From Candidatus Brocadiaceae bacterium (GTDB lineage Bacteria; Planctomycetota; Brocadiia; SM23-32), in assembly GCA_012728835.1 (NCBI GenBank), contig JAAYEJ010000045.1, positions 36,475 to 100,474 of the forward strand: 64,000 nt of DNA. The letters run 5' to 3'. How positions within the stretch are numbered: the first letter of the stretch is position 1; each line of letters opens with the position of its first letter. Shown here one piece after another: positions 27,130 through 34,950 of the stretch. A program made the position numbers and the translations under genes. Under the pieces are notes generated by a model, which worked only from the letters and a program-made list of their open reading frames with translations, searched no databases and was not told the origin of the DNA.

Positions 27130-28986
27130 TCAGGTGATGGTCTCGAAACCGGTGATGACCGGCGGCACCGCGAATGCGTTCCCGTTGCCTTCGATCTCCA
27201 GGGAGTCGAGGCCGGCAGCACCGTCGAGGGCGGCCGATCCCTCGACGGTGATGGCGCCGGCAGGTCCGACCTCCGCACGGTCATCTCCCGCGCCCATCCG
27301 CACGTTCAGTCTGCCGCCGAACGCGGAGGCGTACAGCGCCATCCAGTCGTCTTCCGTCCCCGTGTCGAGCAGGAAATCCCCTCCGAAGGAGGACGACACC
27401 CCCACAACCACGGTGTCGATGCCCCCGCCGGTCTTCACCGACGTCCGACCGCCGACGGTCAGTGCGAACAGTTGGACGGAGTCGGCGCCCGTGCCTGTGG
27501 CGATCGTGAGGTCGGCTCCGATTCCGGTGGGGTCCAGCACGATGTTGCTCGCGCCGGCACTCTTGTAGGCGACACTCACGCCGCCCCCCACTCCGGACCC
27601 GACGAGCGAGAAGGTGTTGACCCCCTCACCGCCGGCCACCTTCACGTTGCCGTTGATGCCGCTGTCGTAAATGTTCGTGGCACCGCCGCCGGCGCGGTTG
27701 CTGATTATCAGGTCGGCTCCGATGCCGGCGCTCTCAACGACGACAACGGCATTCCCCGTCCCGCTCCGGAAAGAGACACTGCCGCCCGCGCCGGAGGTGC
27801 CGCCGAAGACGATGTTGCTGCTCCCGTCGCCCTTGCGCACGGTCACGTTGCCGCCGACGTCGGCGTTGTCCATGACCAGGCTGTCGTCACCGGATCCGTT
27901 CGCGATGCCGACATGGCCGCCGAAGTCGCTGTCACTCAGAACGATGCTTCCGCCGCCGTGACCATTGTTCACGGCCAGCCCCCCGCCGACGCCCGTTCCA
28001 CTCACCACCAGGTTGTCGCTGCCGTCGCGCGCAGCGATCTTCACCGTCCCGGCAACGCCGCTGTCGACCAGGACGCCCGTGCTGTCGCCGGCGCCGTTGC
28101 CCACGCGGAGACTGCCCGCCACGCCCGTTCCGTTCAGGACGAAGCTGTCGAAACCATCCTTGTTCGTGAACTTCGCGGAGCCTCCGATGCTGCTGTACGC
28201 CAACGCGGCCGCGTTGTTGCCGTTTCCGCTGCTGACCGTCACCTTGCCGGCGACATCCACCGAATCGAGCACGAGGTGGTCGTCGCCGTCCGCACCGGCG
28301 GCCTTGAACGAACCTCCCACGCCGGAATCGTGCAGGACCGTCGCGCTCCCCCCGGCGCCGGTGGCCACGCTCACACGGCCGGCGACGTCCGTCGCGTCCA
28401 GCGTCACCGTGTCGTGGCCATCTCGGTTCTTCACCAAGACCGCCCCGCCGACGCCGCTCCCGTTCAGGACGACCCCGCTGCCCCCGCTTCCGTTCGCTAT
28501 CACCACATTCCCGGTGATGGTGGAGCCCTGAACGACGCTGTTGTCAATCCCGTCGCCGTTCTTCACCCGGAGGCCGCCGCCCACCGAGCTGTTGAGGACT
28601 GTGAGCTGGTTGTCGCCCGTGCTGCCGTCGAAGGCCACGTGACGGGGAGCATTGACGCCCTCCAGCCTGGCCCGATCGTTGCCATCCCCCATCGCGATGA
28701 TCACGTCCCTTCTGACGCCGGACAGAACGACCGAACCGGCAGGGCCGCCACCGGTGTCGATCAGCGTGCCGTCCGTGCCCGTGATGCGCATCTGACCGGC
28801 GGCCAGGCCAGCCTGGTCGATCACGACGCTGTTGTCCTGAACGTCGCCCGTCAGGATCAGGTTGCCGGCACCCGACAAGGCAACCAGCACGGTCCCCGAC
28901 AGCAGCAGCCGCGGCTCCAGCGTCTCAAGGACCAGCCGGCTCCGACGGCGTCCCTCATCTCGCCCGACCCCAGGCCTCACTGTCAT
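27130..28986 (-). CDS. Extracellular beta-helix repeat protein with planctomycete LEPR-XLL N-terminal motif
   Basis: RRSRLVLETLEPRLLLS followed by many 22-aa Gly/Val/Asn/Asp-rich repeats. Confidence 0.82.
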   Translation of the reverse strand: MTVRPGVGRDEGRRRSRLVLETLEPRLLLSGTVLVALSGAGNLILTGDVQDNSVVIDQAGLAAGQMRITGTDGTLIDTGGGPAGSVVLSGVRRDVIIAMGDGNDRARLEGVNAPRHVAFDGSTGDNQLTVLNSSVGGGLRVKNGDGIDNSVVQGSTITGNVVIANGSGGSGVVLNGSGVGGAVLVKNRDGHDTVTLDATDVAGRVSVATGAGGSATVLHDSGVGGSFKAAGADGDDHLVLDSVDVAGKVTVSSGNGNNAAALAYSSIGGSAKFTNKDGFDSFVLNGTGVAGSLRVGNGAGDSTGVLVDSGVAGTVKIAARDGSDNLVVSGTGVGGGLAVNNGHGGGSIVLSDSDFGGHVGIANGSGDDSLVMDNADVGGNVTVRKGDGSSNIVFGGTSGAGGSVSFRSGTGNAVVVVESAGIGADLIISNRAGGGATNIYDSGINGNVKVAGGEGVNTFSLVGSGVGGGVSVAYKSAGASNIVLDPTGIGADLTIATGTGADSVQLFALTVGGRTSVKTGGGIDTVVVGVSSSFGGDFLLDTGTEDDWMALYASAFGGRLNVRMGAGDDRAEVGPAGAITVEGSAALDGAAGLDSLEIEGNGNAFAVPPVITGFETIT

Positions 28987-29279
28987 GACCGTCGCCTCCC
29001 GAAAGGTGCAGGATGCCGAGTCTCCGACCGGGCATTCTACCCACCGGATTCTGCCGGCACAAGGATGCTCTTCTACAGCGCCGATCGGAAGGGCGTGCGG
29101 CTATTCCACACCCCTTCCACGGGCTGTCAGGTCAGCCGGAATCTTCAAGGAGGTCCGACGCTGCAGTGTTGGGGGCCGGGCGCCACTTCGAATGCTGCGC
29201 CTCACTGCCGGGCTCTGGACCCGGGTCAGGCGCCGGCTCCACCAGGGTGACGCCCTCCGGCTCGCGGGTTGACGGAGCA

Positions 29280-29393
29280 GCCGACGGTCCGCTGAGCCGG
29301 CCCCAACACCCGTCCGGCCTCCCCGCGCGTGCCCTGGGTGCCCCTGCGGTCGATCACCACAGACCGCAGCGCCTGCTCCGCCAGGTTGGTGAC
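29280..29393 (-). mobile_element. IS66-family transposase C-terminal remnant
   Basis: Minus-strand translation VTNLAEQALRSVVIDRRGTQGTRGEAG resembles IS66 Tnp TNNxAEQAIRxVVIDRxxTQGTR. Confidence 0.65.
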
Positions 29394-29459
29394 CGTTCAC
29401 GGATTTCCTGAGAATCCGCCCTCGACGTTGTCGTATGCTGCCGGTGGTGTGCGCCGGCC

Positions 29460-29644
29460 CGGACGCTCAGGGCATCCCGGACCACTGCGACTACCCGGTT
29501 CACGACAGCAAGCTGGAGGGAATCAGCAACAGGATCAAGGTTGTCAAGCGCGGGGCCTACGGCCATCACGACGATCGCTGCTCTCCCCTGCAGGTCGATC
29601 AGGCATTCGACCCCGAACCGCCCGCACTTCTCAGGAGATGGACC
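29460..29644 (+). mobile_element. ISL3-family transposase C-terminal remnant with right end
   Basis: GIPDHCDYPVHDSKLEGISNRIKVVKRGAYGHHD resembles ISL3 EGxNxxIKxxKRxAYG; ends GGAGATGGACC. Confidence 0.75.
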
Positions 29645-29708
29645 TTTCCGAGAGCGGCCTCATCCCCCTGAGGCAGCCCGCTCCAGGAGTCCAGGCAAGG
29701 ATACGCTC

Positions 29709-31370
29709 ATGCACGCAGATGACGGGATCGGGGTGGAGGTGCGGGAGGCCGCGCGGATGGTGGTCCCGGAGGATGCGGCCATCTCCCCGCCGGCAACGAG
29801 ACTCGACCGTATCTTGCCCTGGGTGGTCGCCGGCATCGCCGTGTCCGCCGCCATTCTCGCTGTGAAGCTCACGCTCATCCGGCCCTACTGCACGGGCGAC
29901 TCGGCGAGCTACCTGGGCGCCGCGCGCAACCTGGCGGCAGGGCGGGGGCTGACGATCCCGTGGGGCACGCCGACCGACCGGCCGCTCGTACACTTCCCGC
30001 CGCTGTACCCCGCCGTGCTCGGCGCCGTCGGCTCCCTCGGGCCGGACCCCCTCGTTGTGAGCCGGTGGATGAACGCCGTGCTCCTGGGACTGAACGCTGC
30101 GCTCGCGGCGCTGGCCGTCTACGGCACGACCAGAAACCGGGCGCTCTCGTGCCTGGCGGCGGTGCTGATGGCCGCATCGCCCGTCATGCTGCGCATGCAT
30201 ACGGCGGCGCTGTCCGAGCCGCTGTTCGTCTTCCTCCTGCTGGCCGCGCTGGCGGCGCTGCACGCGTACGCCCGGCGGCCCAGTCGCCGGCTCTTCCTCC
30301 TCGCCTGTGACGCCACGGCGCTGGCGCTGCTGTGCCGCTGGGCGGGCGCGCCGCTGGTGGCAACGGGCGCTCTGGTCGTCTGCGCGTTTGGCGCGGGCGG
30401 CCTGTGGAAGCGGCTCGCGCGGGCGGCGGCGTTCGGGTTGCTCAGTTGCCTGCCCGCCGGCCTCTGGATGCTCAGGAACCTCCGGCTGGGCGGCACCGCG
30501 ACGAACAGGACGTGGGCGGCCCACCCGGTCACCCGACAGCAGATCGACGACGCGCTCCGCGCCGTCTCCGGATGGGGTGTGCCGGGGTTCCGGCCCGGCA
30601 CCACCCTGCAGCACTCGCTCATTCCGTTGGGGCTGCTCTGCCTGGCTGCCGTGTGCTTCGCTCTGTACCTCACGCTCCGGCGCGGGAACGTCCCGGTGGG
30701 GGAGCGGCTGCGCCACCTCCCCTGGGCGTACGCGGCCTTCCTCGTCACCTACTGCGCATTCCTCCTGGTCAGCGTCTCCTACTGCGACCGCCTGACGCCC
30801 CTGGACAACCGCATCCTGCTGCCCGCGTATGCGGCGTGGCTCGTGGGCGTGCTTGCGGTGTGGCCGGGCGCCTGGATGTGGGAGGCCCGGCGGTGGGCGG
30901 CGCGCAGGCTGCCCCTGCTGCCGTGGCTTGCCATAGCCGTGATGCAGGTGCACGCCGGCGCGCGATTCGCCGAGTTCGAGCACAACAGGACGCGCCTCTC
31001 GGCGAGTTCCTGGAACGTGCGGGAGACGCGCGCCGCCATGTCCGTGCCGTGGGACCGGCCGGTGTACAGCAACCGGCCGGAGGACTACTACATCTACGTG
31101 AACAAGGTCGTGAAGGAATGGCCTTCGCCGCTCGACGTGTGGTCGGGCCGTCCGGCGCCCGGCTACAAGGAGAAGCGCGACGCCGCCGTCCGGGAACTGA
31201 CGGAGTCCGGCGGGCGGCTCGTCCTGCTCGGCACGTCCATGAAGCCCTGGCTGGATCGCGACCAGATTCCGCAGGACGTGCCGCTGGTGCGGCTCCAGGA
31301 TGAGGGGAAGGTGCACGTCTACGCCGTGGGCACGCAGCCCGCGCGGCGGGGCTGGCCCTGGCAGAGGTAG
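29709..31370 (+). CDS. Polytopic membrane glycosyltransferase-like protein (GT-C/ArnT-PMT-like)
   Basis: GDSASYLGAARNL, HFPPLYP, LSEPLF, R-W-A-G loop, ~10 TM segments, DNRILLP. Confidence 0.75.
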   Translation: MHADDGIGVEVREAARMVVPEDAAISPPATRLDRILPWVVAGIAVSAAILAVKLTLIRPYCTGDSASYLGAARNLAAGRGLTIPWGTPTDRPLVHFPPLYPAVLGAVGSLGPDPLVVSRWMNAVLLGLNAALAALAVYGTTRNRALSCLAAVLMAASPVMLRMHTAALSEPLFVFLLLAALAALHAYARRPSRRLFLLACDATALALLCRWAGAPLVATGALVVCAFGAGGLWKRLARAAAFGLLSCLPAGLWMLRNLRLGGTATNRTWAAHPVTRQQIDDALRAVSGWGVPGFRPGTTLQHSLIPLGLLCLAAVCFALYLTLRRGNVPVGERLRHLPWAYAAFLVTYCAFLLVSVSYCDRLTPLDNRILLPAYAAWLVGVLAVWPGAWMWEARRWAARRLPLLPWLAIAVMQVHAGARFAEFEHNRTRLSASSWNVRETRAAMSVPWDRPVYSNRPEDYYIYVNKVVKEWPSPLDVWSGRPAPGYKEKRDAAVRELTESGGRLVLLGTSMKPWLDRDQIPQDVPLVRLQDEGKVHVYAVGTQPARRGWPWQR

Positions 31371-31417
31371 CTGTCCCTGTTCGCGCGCGTCGGTCGCCGT
31401 CGTTCCGTCGCCCGGAG

Positions 31418-31988
31418 GTGTCCCCGCACGCAGTCGCGGGACTGGTTCCGCCGCGCCCTGAAGGCGGCCCTGGCGGACCTCACGGCAGATGGGCAGCGGA
31501 AGAAGAAGCAGTTGTCCAGCCGGCAAGGCGACCTGAAGGTGATGCAGGAGCGGCTGCTGAACGCCTACCTGGCCGGCGCGGTGGAGGAGCAGACCTTCCG
31601 AGCGAAGTCGGCGGAGCTGAAGGTCGAGCAGGAGAGGGCGGCGGAAGCGGTGGAGCGCGCTCGCGGGGACATGGACGCGTCTCGCGGGGACATGGCGCTA
31701 CGGGTCTTCGATTGGGCGCAAAGACTCGGGGAACTCTGGCGCGGTCTGAACATCGAGCGCCGGCGGGCGATTCTGGAGACGGTATGCTCCAACCGGCTGC
31801 TGGACGACGTAAGTCTGCGCCTGGAAAAGAGAAAGCCCTTCGAGGTTCTCGCCAAAGGGCCGGAATGCCAGAGTGGTACCCCCGACTGGCCACACTTCCA
31901 GCGCGCCGTGGCCGAATTCACCATAGCCTTCGAGCTCCCCCATCCATGCCTGCTGCGTGCTGACGAACTCGCACGCGAATGGCTCTGA
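31418..31988 (+). pseudogene. Large serine recombinase C-terminal remnant
   Basis: DWFRRALKAALADL..MQERLLNAYLAGAVEEQTFRAKSAEL..VFDWAQ..NRLLDDVSLRLEKRKPFEVLA; catalytic and recombinase domains absent; apparent frameshift near 31440. Confidence 0.75.
31788..31882 (+). repeat. Direct repeat copy 1 (recombinase 3' segment plus att core TGGTACCCC)
   Basis: 80/95 nt identical to 33285-33379 by manual alignment. Confidence 0.9.
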
Positions 31989-32017
31989 GGTCGGCGTGGC
32001 TCGTTGTCGTCGCACAG

Positions 32018-32638
32018 TCATCGCCAGGTGATGGGCTTACGGAGTTCGTATCCGTCGGCCTTGAGCACCGGATCCGGCAATTGGCTTGCGGCTATTCGTG
32101 CCCGGTTGATGTGCAGAAAACCGCTTGCACGCCGCTGCAGTTCGGCGGAGTATCGTTTCGGAGGAAAAGCCACCACGACCTGCTTCTGCGGCCACTCGCG
32201 ACGGACCACCTGGACAGGGCCAGCAAGATCGCTGTCAGCGGACACGAGAAGTGCCGTGTCGAATTCACCGCGCATGGCGTCGAGAAGCATCTGCACTGCG
32301 ATGTTCACGTCGGTTCCCTTCTCCTCGTGGTCTGTCCACCGGTTCGAGCACTTGAAGCATGTCCGCTCCTTGTTGAGGTAGTGCCCGTAGTGGATGACGA
32401 TATCCGAATGCGCCTGGAGCGCCTCGAGGTAAGTATTCTGGCGGTGGGGCTTGTCTGGATCGGACGGTGTCCCTGACACGCGAGCCGTGAAGTAGTTGAC
32501 ACGTGCCAGCTCCTGGTGCGGTTTCAGAAGCGCTCGGATAAGACCTTCGATGTCCAGCCAAAGGAAGCGCTGCCAGCCAGCTTGCCGCAGGCCGAAGTAC
32601 AGGTTAAATCCGTCAATGTAGGCGACCAGCCGTTGCAC
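32018..32638 (-). CDS. NYN domain (LabA/DUF88, PIN-like) nuclease
   Basis: YIDGFNLY, YFTA, EEKGTDVNIA, LVSADSDL acidic catalytic motifs intact. Confidence 0.92.
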   Translation of the reverse strand: MQRLVAYIDGFNLYFGLRQAGWQRFLWLDIEGLIRALLKPHQELARVNYFTARVSGTPSDPDKPHRQNTYLEALQAHSDIVIHYGHYLNKERTCFKCSNRWTDHEEKGTDVNIAVQMLLDAMRGEFDTALLVSADSDLAGPVQVVRREWPQKQVVVAFPPKRYSAELQRRASGFLHINRARIAASQLPDPVLKADGYELRKPITWR

Positions 32639-32737
32639 GTGGGCCCTCTAGAGCGGGAACGGATTCACCGGCCAGCGTCCCGACAGCGCCAGGACGAGAG
32701 CAGGCAAGCAAAGCAGAAGAAAAAGCGTGAGCCATGC

Positions 32738-32766
32738 TTGACGCCTGCTGCCGAGGCGGGTATTAT
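32738..32766 (+). promoter_or_regulatory. Sigma70-type promoter for a small RNA
   Basis: TTGACG-17 nt-TATTAT. Confidence 0.65.
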
Positions 32767-32789
32767 ACTAGAAGAAGCTGCCCCGCCAA
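32762..32789 (-). promoter_or_regulatory. Overlapping divergent promoter for the NYN gene
   Basis: Minus strand TTGGCG-16 nt-TATAAT. Confidence 0.45.
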
Positions 32790-32832
32790 GGATAGCATCC
32801 TTGGCTCAACGCCCCGAAAGGGGCGTTTCTTT
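32772..32832 (+). ncRNA. Putative ~60-nt small RNA divergent from the NYN gene
   Basis: Promoter, then perfect hairpin GCCAAGGAT-AGC-ATCCTTGGC, then intrinsic terminator; no ORF inside. Confidence 0.6.
32808..32832 (+). terminator. Intrinsic terminator
   Basis: AACGCCCC-GAAA-GGGGCGTT followed by TCTTT. Confidence 0.85.
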
Positions 32833-32902
32833 GTACCGCCGCAGCCTCTCAAGGCCCCTCGCTTACCTGGCCTGAACCTCCAGGGAGGTCACGTAGGTCT
32901 CC

Positions 32903-33172
32903 GTGTGGAGCCGCTGTTCGACCTCCGACAGGGACTACGTCAGCATCCTCGCGGCGTGGACGCGCTGCGACGTCAGACCCCGGCGACGGATAACGCGCAG
33001 GAGCGCCAGCACGGACGGGGAGGCGTGGCAGTGGCTGTGGAAGAATACATGCCTCTCGAAGGACGCGCTGAGAGACGCGAGTGGCGTGCCCGCCAAGAGG
33101 CTTGAGGCCAAGCTCGATGCGCTCATCGCGAACCGGATCATCTACCCGGATGGCACCGTCAACTCGTTCGTC
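32903..33172 (+). pseudogene. Fragment of a mobile-element hypothetical protein
   Basis: DYVSILAAWTRC..WQWLWKN..LIANRIIYPDGTVNSFV reads as real protein, but has no good start and runs into unrelated sequence. Confidence 0.45.
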
Positions 33173-33284
33173 GCGTTCTCCGGCTTCTCGGCGTTGACGC
33201 TCCTGCCCGGAACGCGCTGCATGCTCCCGTCGCGGCCAGCGCGCAGCCTGATTCCTAACCAGATTGGGCCGATGCGGCCCTCGT

Positions 33285-33379
33285 TCCAACCGTACCCTGG
33301 ACGACGTAAGTCTTTGCCTACAAAAGAGATGGCCCTTCGACGCGCTCGCCGAAGGGCCGGAATGCCAGGGTGGTACCCC
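33285..33379 (+). repeat. Direct repeat copy 2 (recombinase 3' segment running into the tRNA 3' end)
   Basis: SNRTLDDVSLCLQKRWPFDALAEGPECQGGTP vs SNRLLDDVSLRLEKRKPFEVLAKGPECQSGTP. Confidence 0.9.
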
Positions 33380-33446
33380 GTGCAGGATTCAAACCTGCGG
33401 CCTTCGGCTCCGGAGGCCGACGCTCTATTCGCTGAGCTAACGGGGC
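33371..33446 (-). tRNA. tRNA-Arg(CCG)
   Basis: GCCCCGT/ACGGGGT acceptor, GCTC/GAGC D-stem, TCGGC-CTCCGGA-GCCGA anticodon arm, GCAGG-TTTGAAT-CCTGC T arm, encoded CCA; 76 nt. Confidence 0.96.
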
Positions 33447-33459
33447 ACCGCTGAGGTCG

Positions 33460-33488
33460 ATTATACAGCCCGGCGATGCTCTTGCCAA
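33460..33488 (-). promoter_or_regulatory. tRNA promoter
   Basis: Minus strand TTGGCA-17 nt-TATAAT. Confidence 0.65.
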
Positions 33489-33579
33489 GCGCCCGCCCGG
33501 CGGTTGTCCGTCGGCAGGACTGCCCCCCCGACCCGCGGCCGAGGACGGCCGCGCGACTCCGTTGCTGTTGAAACGCTCG

Positions 33580-34941
33580 CTACCCGTCAGGGGCGGCGTC
33601 GGGCGGGTCGCCCGGCCGGCGGGTGCCTGCCATCACCTGGCGGAGCACTTCGAGGGCCCTCTCGAACTGCACGTCCCGGAAGTCCTTGCCCGGTTCGTCC
33701 GGCCCTTCGGGGATGTCTTCTTCCTCGGCGGCGGACTCCTCGGGCGGATGGGGCGGGTACTCGGTCTTCCGGGTCAGGAAGGTGTAGAGCTTGCGGTTCT
33801 CGGCGTCCGAGAGGCGCATCTCGATGTCCGGGACGACGCCCCTGCCCTCGATCATGTGGTCGTTCGGCGTGTAGTAGCGGGCGACGGTGAGTTTGATGGC
33901 GCTCTGGTTGTGGGGGTTGTCCATGACCTGCTGCACGCTCGCCTTGCCGTAGGTCGTCTCGCCAACCAGCACGGCGCGGCGGTGGTCCTGAAGGGCGCCG
34001 GCGACGATCTCCGAACCGCTGGCGCTCAGGCGGTTGACCAGCAGGACGAGGGGCAGGTCCAGGTCGGAGCGGGAACGGCGGGCCTCGTGCACGACCTCGT
34101 TCTGGCGGGGGGCGCGCACCGTGACGATCGCGCCGCCGTCGAGGAATCGGTCCGCCAGTGCGTTGGCCGCGTCGAGCAGGCCGCCCGGGTTGAAGCGCAG
34201 GTCCAGAATCAGGCCGCGCATGCCCTGGCGCTGCAGGTCCTCGAGGGCCGCCGCCAGGTCCTTGGAGACGGCTTCGCTGAAGTAGGGGATGTAGATGTAG
34301 CCGATCCGGTCTTCGTGGTCGATGATCTCCACGGCGCGGACGCCCGGGATCTTGATGATCTCGCGGGTGACGGTGATATCGCGCTCTTCCTCCTCCTCCT
34401 CCTCGCCGCGCAGGATCGTGATCGTGATCCGGGTGCCGGGCGGGCCGCGGAGGATCTCCAGCACCTCATGCACGTCCTTCATGTCGGCCACTTCGGTGAC
34501 CGTTCGGGTGGATTCTTCACGCACGCGGATGATGCGGTCGTGCGGCAGGACGCCGAGCCGGGCTGCCGGGGTGCCGGCGATCGGTTGCTCGACGTGGATG
34601 ACGCCGGCCGGCGGGTCGAAGGTGATCTGGATGCCCAGCCCCCCGAACTCCCCTTTCAGGTCGGCCTCGGTCTCCCGGCGCATGGCGGGCGGCCAGAAGG
34701 CGCTGTGCCGGTCGAGCTTGCTCATCATGCCCGCGCAGGCGCCCTCGAGCAGGGCCTCGTGGCTGATCTCATCGACCGAGCGGCCTTCGATCTCGCGCAC
34801 GAGCCACATGACCGGCTCGACGAAGCCCTCGATCAGGTCCGGCTGTTCGGCGGATCGGGCGGGAAGGGCCGCCGGCAGCAGCCCGAGCGCCAGCCCGGCG
34901 GCGACACCGATCCAGACATCTCGCATTGACCGTCGTCTCAT
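33580..34941 (-). CDS. S41 C-terminal processing protease (CtpA-like), catalytic residues intact
   Basis: LDRHS, GEFGGLGI PDZ, DLRFNPGG, SASGSE, TYGKASVQ, YYTP. Confidence 0.93.
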   Translation of the reverse strand: MRRRSMRDVWIGVAAGLALGLLPAALPARSAEQPDLIEGFVEPVMWLVREIEGRSVDEISHEALLEGACAGMMSKLDRHSAFWPPAMRRETEADLKGEFGGLGIQITFDPPAGVIHVEQPIAGTPAARLGVLPHDRIIRVREESTRTVTEVADMKDVHEVLEILRGPPGTRITITILRGEEEEEEERDITVTREIIKIPGVRAVEIIDHEDRIGYIYIPYFSEAVSKDLAAALEDLQRQGMRGLILDLRFNPGGLLDAANALADRFLDGGAIVTVRAPRQNEVVHEARRSRSDLDLPLVLLVNRLSASGSEIVAGALQDHRRAVLVGETTYGKASVQQVMDNPHNQSAIKLTVARYYTPNDHMIEGRGVVPDIEMRLSDAENRKLYTFLTRKTEYPPHPPEESAAEEEDIPEGPDEPGKDFRDVQFERALEVLRQVMAGTRRPGDPPDAAPDG

Positions 34942-34950
34942 GGTTCCGTC

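Larger units (their letters stand above)
31874..33379. mobile_element. 1.5-kb internally deleted integrative element at the tRNA-Arg 3' end
   Basis: Bounded by TGGTACCCC at 31874 and 33371 (the latter is the tRNA 3' end); lower GC; recombinase fragments at both ends. Confidence 0.7.

Noticed and set aside
29394..29644. ISL3-derived MITE bounded by TCCTGAGAA inverted match
   Set aside because: Match is short and does not extend to the terminal bases; the left part is better explained as an IS66-like end
27006..31417. Distal att site delimiting the outer island element
   Set aside because: No third TGGTACCCC copy found by eye, so the left island boundary is undefined
32903..33454. 183-aa ORF as a single intact gene
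   Set aside because: It is a composite of a gene fragment, unrelated sequence, the integrase repeat in another frame, and tRNA antisense
34385..34405. (GAG)n tract encoding poly-Glu in the S41 protease
   Set aside because: Short in-frame triplet run in a loop; no phase-variation potential
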